Assembly: GCA_963847055.1 (NCBI GenBank)
Contig: CAWJYE010000008.1
Span: 298,947-362,946, forward strand
Reading direction: 5' to 3'
DNA from: an uncultured Solirubrobacterales bacterium
GTDB taxonomy: Bacteria > Actinomycetota > Thermoleophilia > Solirubrobacterales > Solirubrobacteraceae
DNA length: 64,000 nucleotides
The position numbers were made by a program, and so were the translations under genes. Shown here in pieces: positions 62,820 through 64,000 of this stretch. The notes under the pieces are model-generated. The model worked only from the letters and a program-made list of their open reading frames with translations, ran no database searches and was not told the DNA's origin. Positions within the stretch are counted from its first letter, which is position 1, and the number at the start of each line of letters is the position of its first letter.

Positions 62820-63860
62820 ATGATCAATCCCATGTCTCGCTGGGCGATGTTCGGCGAGAAGCCCGATTACGCCGGCCTGCTCACCTACTCAGCACTGCCG
62901 TACACCGAAGACCCGGCGGAACTCGCCGGCGTCGACGCGGCGATCGTAGGAGCACCCATGGACGACCTCGTCTCTGACCATCCCGGAACACGACTGGGAC
63001 CCCGGGCGATTCGCGGCGCCAGCATCCAGCCGGGCCGCCACCTCGAAGCCGGCCTTGACCCCTATGCCGTGTTGCGGGTCGTTGACTTCGGCGACGCAGC
63101 CGTGCTTCCGGGCGACCCGGTCCGCTCCCACGCTGCGATCCGGCAGACCGTGGAGCAGGTACTGGCGGCGGGAGCGATCCCGATCGTTCTCGGCGGCGAT
63201 CACTCGATCGCCGAACCGGACATCCGCGCCTGTGTCGCGCACCATGGGCCGGTCGGCCTGGTTCATTTCGACACCCACACAGACACGGGCAGCACGGTCT
63301 TTGGCGTCGCTGTGTCCCACGGCACCCCGATGTACCGGCTCGTGAGAGACGGCCAGGTCGACCCCGCTCACTACCTCCAGATCGGGCTGCGCGGCTACTG
63401 GCCCGGCGAGGAGGCCTTTCGCTGGCAGCGCCAACAGGGCATCACCTCGCTGTTCATGCACGACATTCGCGAGCGTGGGATCACCGATGTCGTGCAGCAG
63501 GTGATCATCACGATGGGCGACCGCCCGTGCTTTCTCTCCGTCGACGTAGACGTGCTCGACCCCGCCTTCGCGCCCGGTACCGGCACCCCCGAGCCCGGTG
63601 GCATGACCTCGGTCGATCTTCTGTGGGCGTGCCGGACCCTCGCCCAGGAGCTGAGACTCGTCGGAGTGGACGTCGTCGAGGTAATCCCGACTGGGGTTGG
63701 CTCAAGCGACATCACCGCCCTCGTCGCCTCCCGGATCGTCCACGAGACCCTGACCGGAATCGCCCAACGCCGAGAGTCCGAGCGGACGCCCGCGGGCAAC
63801 GGCGACGAGGTGACGTCTCACCGCCACGCGCGTGTAGGGAGGTGGCCGGCCTCCGGCTAG
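62820..63860 (+). CDS. Ureohydrolase (agmatinase/guanidinobutyrase family)
   Basis: GTRLGPRAIR, GGDHS, HFDTHTD, SHGTP, SVDVDVLDPAFAPGTGTPEPGG. GGAGGAG RBS before ATG 62820. Confidence 0.9.
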   Translation: MINPMSRWAMFGEKPDYAGLLTYSALPYTEDPAELAGVDAAIVGAPMDDLVSDHPGTRLGPRAIRGASIQPGRHLEAGLDPYAVLRVVDFGDAAVLPGDPVRSHAAIRQTVEQVLAAGAIPIVLGGDHSIAEPDIRACVAHHGPVGLVHFDTHTDTGSTVFGVAVSHGTPMYRLVRDGQVDPAHYLQIGLRGYWPGEEAFRWQRQQGITSLFMHDIRERGITDVVQQVIITMGDRPCFLSVDVDVLDPAFAPGTGTPEPGGMTSVDLLWACRTLAQELRLVGVDVVEVIPTGVGSSDITALVASRIVHETLTGIAQRRESERTPAGNGDEVTSHRHARVGRWPASG

Positions 63861-64000
63861 GCGGCGACCGCCGCGACCATCGCGGCCGGGCGCCATAGCG
63901 CATCGTCGCCCAAAGGTTCGCGAACGGCGCGGCCGCCGGCGACCAGTTCGATCAGCGCCGCCTCGGCTGCCTGGCGATCCGGGGCATCGTTGCCCTTCGC
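63857..64000 (-). CDS. C-terminal end of a gene running off the window (hypothetical, possibly DsbA-family-associated tail)
   Basis: Open frame AKGNDAPDRQAAEAALIELVAGGRAVREPLGDDALWRPAAMVAAVAA*, convergent with the ureohydrolase. Confidence 0.45.
   Translation of the reverse strand, partial: AKGNDAPDRQAAEAALIELVAGGRAVREPLGDDALWRPAAMVAAVAA

Noticed and set aside
1-64000. tRNA, rRNA, transposase, integrase, prophage or CRISPR array
   Set aside because: None recognised on reading both strands. Short RNAs could be missed without tRNAscan or Infernal.

Overview
High-GC (about 70% by eye) actinobacterial-type DNA, most reminiscent of Thermoleophilia/Solirubrobacterales (inference from gene content and short or absent leaders; not verified). 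I found no rRNA, tRNA, IS element or CRISPR array. The first ~31 kb is a near-continuous methylated-amine/C1 island. It holds a ~12.7 kb minus-strand operon (gmaS-mgsABC-two hypotheticals-trimethylamine dehydrogenase-etfBA-FadF/EtfD-like Fe-S membrane oxidoreductase-C26 gamma-glutamyl hydrolase) and a divergent stand-alone mgdA. It also carries a permuted sarcosine-oxidase-family operon (soxD-A-G-B) whose alpha subunit keeps two Cys-rich [2Fe-2S]-type motifs, plus fhs, fchA, folD, pabB/pabC, three regulators, and a divergent malyl-CoA lyase / glyoxylate aminotransferase pair. Next is a c-di-GMP neighbourhood: an HD-GYP phosphodiesterase, a c-di-GMP-I (GEMM) riboswitch upstream of an uncharacterised secreted protein, and a REC-GGDEF-EAL gene lying between a response regulator and its kinase. 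That neighbourhood also contains an ApbE flavinylation / ferric reductase / NuoF-like / ferredoxin module. The remainder holds a LolA-like/ABC operon, an Arn-like amino-sugar glycosylation cluster, a P450, a truncated GST, a thiolase, an M28 peptidase, a beta-propeller phosphoesterase and an Lrp-APC permease-ureohydrolase module. All family calls come from motif recognition and remembered reference sequences, not from database searches.
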